A stretch of DNA of 20,000 nucleotides from an uncultured virus (IMG/VR IMGVR_UViG_3300027776_000003) (IMGVR_UViG_3300027776_000003:48882-68881); one strand, 5' to 3'; positions 9,201 to 14,202 are shown, numbered from the stretch's first letter. Numbers and translations are program-made. Notes: generated by a model from the letters alone, not told the origin.

Positions 9201-11881
9201 TCCGCTTTCTCTCGGACGGTTTTCAGTTGCATGACGGCTCCCTCGTCCGTCACGAACACCGGCCGATCTTCGTCCGACATGAACTGCCCGCCGGCCGGGT
9301 CACCAGCCGCCGCGTGCAACATGCCGTTCGCGTCCACGACGCCCGGCGCCGCCTTGGCGAATGGTGTCATGCCCGCCGGGTAGCGCACCATCGTGGGCGA
9401 GAGCGGGTCACGCAGCCGGCGCGCGCCGGGTTCACGGTATCCCTCGAACCCAAACTCGCGATAGAATGCCATGAGTTCCGCCTGCGTGCGCGGCCGGTGC
9501 TGTCCGATCACCCCCGGGATCGGGGACGCGAACAGGTCGAGGATCACGCCGTGCTTGTCGGCCAGCTCCGTCAGCATCTCCATCGCCTTGCGACCGCCGC
9601 CTCGCGTGACGGCAACCAACTCTTCCAAGTGCACGCCCTCGTCGCCGAGCGGGTACAGCTTGACCATCGCCGTGTAGTGCCGTTCCCCGCCACCCGTGAG
9701 GCGGAAGTTGGTCACGCGAATGCGCCAATCAACCGGATGGTCGAACGAGCGGGCCTCGAACTCCGCGACGAAGGCGTCAATCGCCTCTTTCCCCGAGAAC
9801 CGTCCGCCCTTGTCGCGCGGGTGCTTGGCCTCGAAGTCGGCGTCCTTGCCTAACGGGGCTCGCACGCGGATGGTGCACAGCGTGAGGCCGTCGTCGGCCG
9901 CCTTGTGCAGGGTTGTGGGCAGCTTGTTCGAGTGGAGGAGCGCGCGGGTGACGCGGATCGCGCGCGGGAACGCCCGCGCGAACTCCGTGCTCGCCACGCC
10001 TCGCACGTAGCGCGCGCCCATGAGGTACGCGTACGCGTCGGCGAACAACTCCGACGGCTTCACCAGTGGCGCCGTGAACGTATTCACCCACCGGGACGCG
10101 TCGGTGTCGCCCCATCCGCTCACGTCATCATCGCTCGCGCGCTTGAGCGTCGCGATCTTCTCGGACCCGAAGCTCGTGCCGCTGCGGCCCACGCGCCCGG
10201 CGAGCCCGAAGTCAATCGCGTGCCCGGTCTCGTGCAGGACAACGGAGCGCATGAGGTCCGCGCTGTCCGGTTCCGCGACATCGTTCATCGTCGCCACCGT
10301 CTTGCGGTAGCGTTCCACGCTGCGCTCGCCAATGCACATCTCGGCGCCCGTCATGAAGTACGCCGCACATCCGGGCTCGCTGCTTTGCGCGTCGAGCGAC
10401 GTGAGCGACACCTGTGGCAGGACCTTCACCGTCCCAAGGCTGCCATACTCGCGCGTCGAGGCGAGGAGCGCGCGGTGCTCCACCGGCAATGAGGCGAGCG
10501 TGTCCCCGACCAGATGTTGCGTCTCCTCGCTCGCGCCCATCGGGATGATCACGATAGCCCCTTTCGGCAACTCGGCATCGACGCCGTTCCACGGGGTCTC
10601 GCTCGCCAAGACGGCGAGTTCTTGCGAGACGACGGGGTGCTTGCCGGCGTTACGCAGAAACGCGCGTGCCGCCTCGCGGGTGGCCGGATCGCGCACATCC
10701 TGCTGCCACTTCGCCGCCTCGTGCTCCCCCGATGGGCCATCCCCCACGACCTCCTGCACCGCCGCCCGCACATGCTTGATGTGCTCGGCGCCTAACAGCA
10801 CGGGCGAGCCCGCGTGCACACCCGAGAACGCCCGCTGGCCGCGCAAGCTGCCGACGTGTAGCCCACCCGACAGCCGGACCCATTGGCCCGCTGTCGGCGT
10901 CCCCGCCGGCACGCGCGGCTGCGCCGGGTCGTACTTCGCCAGCGCGTCGCGGTCCACGTCGCAGACGTGCAGGAACGCCCACGCGTTCAGGTCGAGCATC
11001 GGCCCGGCGTCGTCCTCGCCCTTTCGCACGGCTGCGCGGCGCGTCGCCACGTAGCCCCCAAGCCGCTGCATCGCCGCCGCGTCGTCGAACCGCAGCACGA
11101 GGTTGCCGGCGCCGATTCCCGCGTAGCGGTGAAACCCGTTGTCGGCAAGCAGTCGATGGGCCGCCGCGCGCGGCTTCATGTCCGCGATGCGCCAGATGGC
11201 TTTCGGGTCCGGGTCGTCCAGCGCGCGCCACACCTCGGCCACCTGTGCCTTCGTCAGGTCACCGGCCTTCTGCATCGCGGCCATGTGCCGCTGCACCATC
11301 TCGCGGCGCCACGGATCGCGATCCGGCCAGTTGTCGGCGTGCGTGAACCCCATGCGCGGCCACGCATACGCCCCATCTTGGGCGGCGCCCATTTCGGCGC
11401 GGTTGATGTTCAACCCGGGCGTCCGTGCCGCGTCGAGCGCGTTAGCCACCAACTGCGCGCCGGCGCCCCGCTGCATGGTCTGCACGCCGATGGAGTCGAG
11501 GAAGAGACGCCCGGGTTGCGCCGGTCCGTCTCCTAGCTCGAACTCATACGTGGCCGCCAGCACCGCGCGGCCGCCCTTCCCGGTGCCGTCGATCTGCACG
11601 CGGAGCACGTCCGTCGGGTCGCCGTTGCCTGAGTACCGCTTGGCCACCTTGCCGACGGTGACCTCGTAGGTGTATTCGTCCGGCATCCCGGCGACCATGC
11701 GCCGCGCGAAGTCCTCCGCCTGCACGCCGGCAACCCGCAACACAGCGGCCGCCTCTGGCCGCACCGAGGCGCTCACGCGCGCCGGCATCGCGTCCCCGTC
11801 GGTCCAGCGGCCGCCGGCATCACGCGGTTGGGTGGGATCGTACTTCCCCACCAGCGCCGAGAACCATGCGTGCGTCGTCAT
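2..11881 (-). CDS. Giant (>=3960 aa, 3' end beyond window) MuF-containing polyvalent protein / putative effector polyprotein
   Basis: ATG at 11881-11879 overlaps the TGA of the upstream gene (ATGA coupling). Hand translation (MTTHAWFSALVGKYDPTQPRDAGGRW...VEREPTPL) shows no stop to the window edge. The ORF track has no minus-strand ORF in this frame in 1-11881, while the long plus-strand shadow ORFs (140, 4427, 6287, 8819 etc.) all lie in its antisense register. Many recognisable enzyme motifs; located after terL and portal. Confidence 0.95.
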   Translation of the reverse strand, partial: MTTHAWFSALVGKYDPTQPRDAGGRWTDGDAMPARVSASVRPEAAAVLRVAGVQAEDFARRMVAGMPDEYTYEVTVGKVAKRYSGNGDPTDVLRVQIDGTGKGGRAVLAATYEFELGDGPAQPGRLFLDSIGVQTMQRGAGAQLVANALDAARTPGLNINRAEMGAAQDGAYAWPRMGFTHADNWPDRDPWRREMVQRHMAAMQKAGDLTKAQVAEVWRALDDPDPKAIWRIADMKPRAAAHRLLADNGFHRYAGIGAGNLVLRFDDAAAMQRLGGYVATRRAAVRKGEDDAGPMLDLNAWAFLHVCDVDRDALAKYDPAQPRVPAGTPTAGQWVRLSGGLHVGSLRGQRAFSGVHAGSPVLLGAEHIKHVRAAVQEVVGDGPSGEHEAAKWQQDVRDPATREAARAFLRNAGKHPVVSQELAVLASETPWNGVDAELPKGAIVIIPMGASEETQHLVGDTLASLPVEHRALLASTREYGSLGTVKVLPQVSLTSLDAQSSEPGCAAYFMTGAEMCIGERSVERYRKTVATMNDVAEPDSADLMRSVVLHETGHAIDFGLAGRVGRSGTSFGSEKIATLKRASDDDVSGWGDTDASRWVNTFTAPLVKPSELFADAYAYLMGARYVRGVASTEFARAFPRAIRVTRALLHSNKLPTTLHKAADDGLTLCTIRVRAPLGKDADFEAKHPRDKGGRFSGKEAIDAFVAEFEARSFDHPVDWRIRVTNFRLTGGGERHYTAMVKLYPLGDEGVHLEELVAVTRGGGRKAMEMLTELADKHGVILDLFASPIPGVIGQHRPRTQAELMAFYREFGFEGYREPGARRLRDPLSPTMVRYPAGMTPFAKAAPGVVDANGMLHAAAGDPAGGQFMSDEDRPVFVTDEGAVMQLKTVREKAERALRAVRAGALRPDTSALYESEAEAAAIAAIASDDYNPVTTARKFEAALLASVQYRDRLKGWAQRRDRTDDELAAYPQHPNAAEPAIVEDQDGSGWWHVYASQEDADRAKAAYANGQSVDEPALSIHPDSNGYSVIAASGAAPYVMRSELPAAWFPTLEGATAEARTIMRRLAWHETATRNLGDAYWIAETLQNGIDPVVEDGPGLRVFGETSDGPRVLYGHFSPEHIAFGYADRAMMQAHLVEDDHQKEESRRAWSAAESSEGANDPAITAAAARVVRLVHPSLTGGDADVIEEAHGDNGTLGTLRGSIKRYQRSSSPINDSARGIRTRDFALQDRQAEIGKADFDLMAALVPHFPLQGAREMFRGVRGALAGDLAVLKSGDAFTDKGFASFTTHHTNAFSFAGRGGTIIRTIWPDGWPAIPALRSDEQEYILPPGTEFTVKHVEHFRTVTQSPMTLVTVVPRLQKAYKPKATVAKQENPNLPAPSPDDRWVWLPGDITITRRTSRATVGKATLDTLPPLSEAGARRLAAWTESYRRQLQALDPMALARVFRDQRGDDRLSQVGIGALTAWERGDRGIAPFTQEQIDRMAGVYRRRADEYLRGVEAMKEWRERDLATLRAGWDAFIAATGTDTTRITKRWKTMGDHKVRDQHREVDGVTLTYDESFIVDGESVWGPPQSYGCRCTLVITPAPGALPPEWEVSPEAADQMLADAADALVANFPARLGSVGPDERPFPVVETGPPEGDPKGSAWWEPLFGDNKNEAVRAAREWFKTLLERIADRKRAPDPLARDLDPLPEPDTAEPEAFVEPDVDPERTVRRRPGLARTTPKKGKKKGPPASPDDMRKAILTVIEKYRADQPRDERGRWSDALGVIDSRPDWNRYAGLADASGPDGLLIRPTAMSADLDATARANAKRVRTIFNTLPVSARRRIAASLTEGVSVAASMEEAAAGTAIGHVPSERFAAAAGLHYSVDDGDGPVRGVLFSTIKMAAMVHVVDDGITARRHTKVIALTDEQKADAVFHEIVLHEFGHALDYAIGGSAPLSHWGWDKASVRGSLARDKKKIERTLAIAPNAFDEDNIVYALSSPKEAFAHAASYLFGAQQVAGMAPTRFASYAPRTIAAVRRALARAGVATVRHNVVKFEADQPRIPKGQKGGGRWARTGSTMTAFEMGIAEDEIETAALTGGVGANFEKTGNHNSVEFTDDELRAMAGGTLTHNHPNASSFSTDDMAIFTRTRMAELRAVGTSWDGQRVLYRLQRPKDWDATTAIDKFVRDHAAHYEKESANDTPIRRSEARHDTRFLREQIEGTLRPRWMQAGDTDRTPDERAAIAMAMIADHFFDRHHVTFNNRWATRVNGGMSNEEANVRTINEHSHVAMRHFARVMGLRYARVVSAGRKRTVSALGKSWQDRPADSISRGGRVLYDEWPTYAMPTPTDGVQKFDADQPRAPKGEPNGGQWVKGSAPSLGDGRSYEDHARELEASGLGEAAANLRRFMDGSKVTEAVLHGTTRDFEEFGYAYANPDNFFGAGHYFTDDLGDAGAHYASADGPDLRNNLELWIEANIDRDDDGADLPREEKLRIARESLGVTHGGATVPVFLAMKKPALLYAKGSELSFRYGEPTTLDRRGVRLFARALRDVGAEYGMRDGEVADMQQRFFEHVAMRREEWGEGKIDLGEALTAATTRYAFMDSQIDVEGAGDPRLRGRTDTFPNMYKQFQRDLVRRLKFDGIIMDPGVFNGMQHKFQRGDAAHYIVWSSRQVKSAVGNRGTYDRRDPNITKAAPGVVDANGMLHAAAGDPTGGQFISPDDMPVRVAGHSLSRIATIQRHTSNYNHDGRRPEFAVLKPTKEEAEALLGMATEVPGQNEFVATAASVGRALAASLTWSARVEAVAAGPQAPEEIEAYPQHTGEDAPEFVVGPDGRSAFVFSSPAEAKRARTAIASGVIKDTFQLVQGVWMPADESVLRGTLVISPAGSKGFVIDPISAYINQFVPVDTSQPSQRKFYGSMEEAKAAAEAVVRRHEFSRSAANMLSEQRRMVAEVNRGIDPDENGVGIMVHQTTDGPKGARVQFVPEHEAFGYWSRGMMEAVSVEDSDHETRSEAAWSAAGVATSGAVTERMKRVAELSGLPGYEDDADEALRMSGGPLAFLRGSISRYQRSSSPINDSARGIRTRQWSLDDATEQRGKADFDLMEEMIRHFPHAGDTEMYRGVRGELAGDLARLKPGDAFTDKGFASFSTHPANATSFAGAGGTIIRTIWPDGWPAIPAIRSHEQEYILPPATEFVVKHRQFYRTMAGNPMAIITVVPKLAPHYTPKATIGKAASVAHAPSSEDRWLWLPGDITITRKARVQKFDADQPRAPKGEPNGGQWVKTALSFSTEVTDAYSGQVNYNVVARDASGRAVGVVQAVSYNGEDSVSMIAVHPDARRQGVGRALIRAFLDQREGDRVRWGGATGEGAALLDATVPHWRRNSTVMAGDPEPLPGGGWDTPEWRKWFGGSVVTNADGTPRQMYHGTRHQFSNFRGDPPDQTKDIGNGHVIHTGTTIDRALGPHFTGEPATAAQFAAGIYAREDDQWGADRLLREGLAVHGRDFVQDENAARMAAAGETVPSWMRDATPFAAKPGGRVVPVYLAIRNPRVVPQPHFRDLYDDDENISSGRVGDEEAVAADAYTQALTASPKLLYEWMTEIGQENGYDYKGREWRDNARKLHEKMTARDGFEWPNQHNSGTTTYRSLQHFILRNHSDRLVLHRGDPAKQGLAFRVMRRYRQWLKDSGHDGLRYTNTSPNEAVQGGDNYVFIPLSPNQIKSAFNPRPTRSNKFHKSADFEAEHPRDNIGRFRDKNQGEMFPDIAEASEAFYREHPAAGWRPWPADPDNGDDGWGDDIEAAADEAATPEQFDEVLRHFGAERQDLSAYGHAHAATFTRTHRGEEETAVITWEPGVTGGGYSRVESVREFVDDLNVDDEVTRLNEEVHADFWAEHGPSVLYHGTDPDNHEAILSEGLLASNERRGLANRHIGNAVFAHPSEDIPRGYANDSDEGLLVIDVAKMRRDRKQGVLGTFRVEREPTPL
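760..1742 (-). other. ART-PolyVal-like ADP-ribosyltransferase domain B
   Basis: TPEWRKWFGGSVVTNADGTPRQMYHGT...GPHFT...VVPVYLAIRNP...GHDGLRY...PNQIKSA. Confidence 0.87.
1815..2080 (-). other. GNAT acetyltransferase domain 3
   Basis: Canonical motif A MIAVHPDARRQGVGRALI, then WGGATGEGAAL. Confidence 0.87.
2285..2755 (-). other. R-S-E clade ADP-ribosyltransferase domain, copy 2 (paralog of 7810-8280)
   Basis: RYQRSSSPINDSARG...EMYRG...FTDKGFASFS...HEQEYILP. Confidence 0.88.
3863..4725 (-). other. ART-PolyVal-like (HGT-type) ADP-ribosyltransferase domain A
   Basis: VLHGTTRDFEEF...FGAGHYFTD...PVFLAMKKP...FDGII...HYIVW...QVKSAVGNRGTYD. Confidence 0.85.
5020..5700 (-). other. JAB/MPN (JAMM)-like domain
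   Basis: Upstream acidic EIETAA plus TLTHNHPNASSFSTDD (H-x-H...S-x-x-D), then ELRAVG. Confidence 0.8.
5800..6460 (-). other. Zincin metallopeptidase domain 2 (HExxH, lethal factor-like)
   Basis: IVLHEFGHALDY (HEFGH at 6101-6115) and downstream YALSSPKEAFAH. Confidence 0.87.
7130..7630 (-). other. MuF (Mu gpF / SPP1 gp7-like) minor head protein domain, internal
   Basis: TQEQIDRMAGVYRRR...KRWKTMGDHKVRDQHREVDG...PPQSYGCRCT: W-x-T-x-x-D-x-x-V-R-x-x-H and CRC signature. Confidence 0.9.
7810..8280 (-). other. R-S-E clade (VIP2/C3-like) ADP-ribosyltransferase domain, copy 1
   Basis: RYQRSSSPINDSARG...EMFRG...FTDKGFASFT...DEQEYILP: catalytic R, S and E-x-E signature. Confidence 0.88.
9380..9780 (-). 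other. GNAT acetyltransferase-like domain 2
   Basis: VHLEELVAVTRGGGRKAMEMLTELADKHGVILDL...ELMAFYREFGF (motif-B-like FYxxxGF). Confidence 0.8.
9930..10530 (-). other. Zincin metallopeptidase domain 1 (HExxH, anthrax lethal factor / MPTase-like)
   Basis: VVLHETGHAID (HETGH at 10220-10234) followed by the third-ligand motif SELFADAYA. Confidence 0.85.
11050..11700 (-). other. GNAT acetyltransferase-like domain 1 of giant protein (approximate bounds)
   Basis: LFLDSIGVQTMQRGAGAQLVANALDAA...AAQDGAYAWPRMGF: motif-A-like QRGAG and C-terminal YAW-x-R-x-GF. Confidence 0.7.
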
Positions 11882-13980
11882 GAGCGCCCCCATCCCGGGC
11901 CGAATACCATCCGGATCGCCTTGGTGAGGTCGCGGCCGGCGTTGAACACGATCTTGCGCTTCCCGCCCCGCTTGAACTCGATGCGCCCGCTGCTCATGGC
12001 CGCGCCTAACGTGGCGTCGGTATAGCCGTAGCCCTCCGCCAACTTCGTGAACGGACGCGTGCCGAGGTCGGCCACCCGCTCGATCACCGGCGCGTGCTTC
12101 GGGGCGAACTGCATCTTGACCGTCAGGTGTCCTCCGTCGCCCTCATTCCACCCGAATCCTTCGACCTTCCCGCCGTACATGCCTAACGTCAGCTTCGGGA
12201 GGATGACGCTCGTCTCCATCGCCGCGCGCGTCAACCGCTGCTTGACCCCGGGGTGGATCGAGGGCTGATCCATGATGTTGCGGACCATCTGCTCGCGTGC
12301 CTGCTCCACCGTGATCTCCTTCCGGTGCAGCGCCACGAGCACGTCCTTGTTCTTCGGCACGTAGCGGATCACGCCCGGGAGCTTCTCCTGCTGGAAGAGG
12401 GCGAGGTTGTCGGCCACACGGAACGCGCTCCCCACCGCATCGTTCTCCCAATCGACGTCGGCCTCGTAGTGCCGCATGATCACGTCCGACGTGTGCCGCG
12501 CGGCGCCGTCGCCGAGGGCCTCGCGCACCATCCCGCGCAGGTTCGTGTTGAAGTGCTGCGCCGACCACCGGGGATGCTGGCCGTCGAGGAAGACGCGGCT
12601 CGGGGGCGTGAGATACCCCGCGTCGTGGAACGCGGCCGCCATGAACAGGACGGCCCTGTCCTCGGCGGAGTTCTCGTGCGTGCCCGGTACGGCCTTGAGG
12701 ATCGCGAGCGACTGATCGAGGTCCTGCAACAGGTGGCGCGCGCCGTGGTCGCCGAGCGACCGCGCGATGGACTCGGACTCCTGCGCCGCCATGTGGTCGA
12801 ACCACGACTCGGCCAGCCGGCGCGCGGCCGCGACCGGCGCCCGGGCCGTCAGGAGCGTCTCGTGGAAGTCCACCGCGCTGCGCTCGATCATGCGGGCGGT
12901 GTCTTGGTGGAACGCGCCCTCTTTCACGAGCGTCGCCACGCGCGCCTTGACGGCGGCGCCATACTCGGCGGCGCCGTCCCACGCACCCGCGACCCCCGAG
13001 ACGGCCGACACGGCGCGCTTGACCGTCACGGATGCGTTGGCCTGACGGTCCTGCTCCTCGGGGTCGAGCGCGTCCCACGCCTTGCGCCGGTCCGGGATCG
13101 AGCGCCCGGTCCACGAGGCGGTGTCGAAGCCCCCGCCGGCCCCTCTGGCGCGCCGCGTCTGCTCCGGTGGCGTCTTCCCCTTGCCGGCGCCGTCCGCCCC
13201 GCTGGCGGGGCTGGCAGAGGCGCCGGCGCCGTCCTTGGGGGCGAACTGTCCGCCGCGCTTATCGCCCTTCGGGTGCCGCTTGTACTCGCGCGCCGCCTTG
13301 GCGAACCACGCCCACGGGTCGCCCGACTCCTCGCGGCTTTTCTTGATCCACTTCTCTTTGATCATTTGGGCCACCCGTTCGGTGTCTTCATAGTGCAGAT
13401 CGGTGTGCACGGTCCCGTCCCCGCCCTTGCCCCAATAGACCACCATCGTGTGCGGCGTGTCGGTCGCGCTGCGGTCGATGTTGGTATCCCGCCAGCGAAT
13501 GCCGTCGTAGCCCTTGCGGCGGAGGTCTTCGCGCAGCCGGTCCATGTAGCGCGCGCGCTCGCCGGTCTCCGGATACGTCGGGCGCATCACCAGCGTGAGG
13601 ACCTCGGCCTTGCTCATCTTTTTGCCGAGGTACTTCATCGCGCGTTGCGGGGTGGCGAACTGCTCAAAGAATCCGGACTTGACGTCGAGGAACCGCGCGC
13701 CCTGCAACAGCTCGTGGTAATCCGCGTTGGCCCGGCGGACGCGCGGCCCGAACTTGCGCGCGTGCGCCGGGTCGTCGCTCCACCACGTCCCCATGTCGTC
13801 GATAGCGCGCGCGTCGGTGCCGAGGCGCCGCGAGAACCCGCCCCGCGTGATCGCGCCCTCGACAGCGAAGATCGTCCCGTGATACCAGCCGGTGCCGCGC
13901 GTCCACTTCCCGTCGTCGTCGCGCGGCTGGTCCTTGTTGTACTTCGTCACCAGCGCCGCGCACCACTCGGCCACGGTCAT
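11878..13980 (-). CDS. 700-aa two-effector protein: N-terminal HGT-type ART domain plus C-terminal HD phosphohydrolase domain
   Basis: Start MTVAEW at 13980, 2 nt after the upstream TAA. ART motifs WYHGT...GTWWSDDP...GYDGI (~13430-13890). HD motifs DHGARH...AAAFHDAGY (HD at 12622-12627)...RH...VADNL. Two tag peptides. Confidence 0.88.
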   Translation of the reverse strand: MTVAEWCAALVTKYNKDQPRDDDGKWTRGTGWYHGTIFAVEGAITRGGFSRRLGTDARAIDDMGTWWSDDPAHARKFGPRVRRANADYHELLQGARFLDVKSGFFEQFATPQRAMKYLGKKMSKAEVLTLVMRPTYPETGERARYMDRLREDLRRKGYDGIRWRDTNIDRSATDTPHTMVVYWGKGGDGTVHTDLHYEDTERVAQMIKEKWIKKSREESGDPWAWFAKAAREYKRHPKGDKRGGQFAPKDGAGASASPASGADGAGKGKTPPEQTRRARGAGGGFDTASWTGRSIPDRRKAWDALDPEEQDRQANASVTVKRAVSAVSGVAGAWDGAAEYGAAVKARVATLVKEGAFHQDTARMIERSAVDFHETLLTARAPVAAARRLAESWFDHMAAQESESIARSLGDHGARHLLQDLDQSLAILKAVPGTHENSAEDRAVLFMAAAFHDAGYLTPPSRVFLDGQHPRWSAQHFNTNLRGMVREALGDGAARHTSDVIMRHYEADVDWENDAVGSAFRVADNLALFQQEKLPGVIRYVPKNKDVLVALHRKEITVEQAREQMVRNIMDQPSIHPGVKQRLTRAAMETSVILPKLTLGMYGGKVEGFGWNEGDGGHLTVKMQFAPKHAPVIERVADLGTRPFTKLAEGYGYTDATLGAAMSSGRIEFKRGGKRKIVFNAGRDLTKAIRMVFGPGWGRS

Positions 13981-13982
13981 CG

Positions 13983-14201
13983 TTAGGCTCCGGGCTGCTG
14001 CACCGTGGGCGGCGTGCGCGAGAGCGGCGTGAAGTCGGCGTCGTAGCTGCGCCCGGGCTCCCACCACGCGAACGGGCGCCCGTGGAATGTGTCGGTCGGG
14101 TCGAGGGTCACGAGGCCGTCCATCATCATGCCGTCCATCTCGCCGGCGATGTCGATGATCTTGGCGCCGTTCGGTGTGAGGCCGCGTCGCACGTGATACA
14201 T
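13983..14201 (-). CDS. 72-aa hypothetical protein between portal and ART/HD gene
   Basis: ATG 1 nt after the portal TAA (MYHVRRG...QQPGA); fills the gap tightly on both sides. Confidence 0.7.
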   Translation of the reverse strand: MYHVRRGLTPNGAKIIDIAGEMDGMMMDGLVTLDPTDTFHGRPFAWWEPGRSYDADFTPLSRTPPTVQQPGA

Positions 14202-14202
14202 G

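Larger units (their letters stand above)
3788..9355. repeat. 75-bp imperfect direct repeat (3788-3862 and 9281-9355) encoding KAAPGVVDANGMLHAAAGDP[TA]GGQF
   Basis: 24 of 25 residues identical; each copy heads a duplicated ART module. Confidence 0.92.

Noticed and set aside
2090..9355. Repeats as a diversity-generating retroelement TR/VR pair or a CRISPR array
   Set aside because: Differences are mostly synonymous and not adenine-specific, all copies are in-frame coding, spacing is irregular at kilobase scale, and no reverse transcriptase or cas gene is in the window.
2..11881. Stop-codon recoding or an intein as the explanation for the giant ORF
   Set aside because: No in-frame stop needs to be read through, neighbouring genes end in TAA, TAG and TGA, and I recognised no intein splicing motifs.
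140..13986. Long plus-strand ORFs (140-2215, 4427-5575, 6287-8200, 8819-9853, 12253-13986 and others)
   Set aside because: Antisense shadows in register with the real minus-strand genes; Arg/Val/Ala-rich with no motifs, as expected in high-GC DNA.
13981..14067. 29-aa N-terminal extension of the 729-aa ORF in the track
   Set aside because: It overlaps the 72-aa gene. ATG 13980 follows the upstream stop and gives a leader matching that of the giant ORF.
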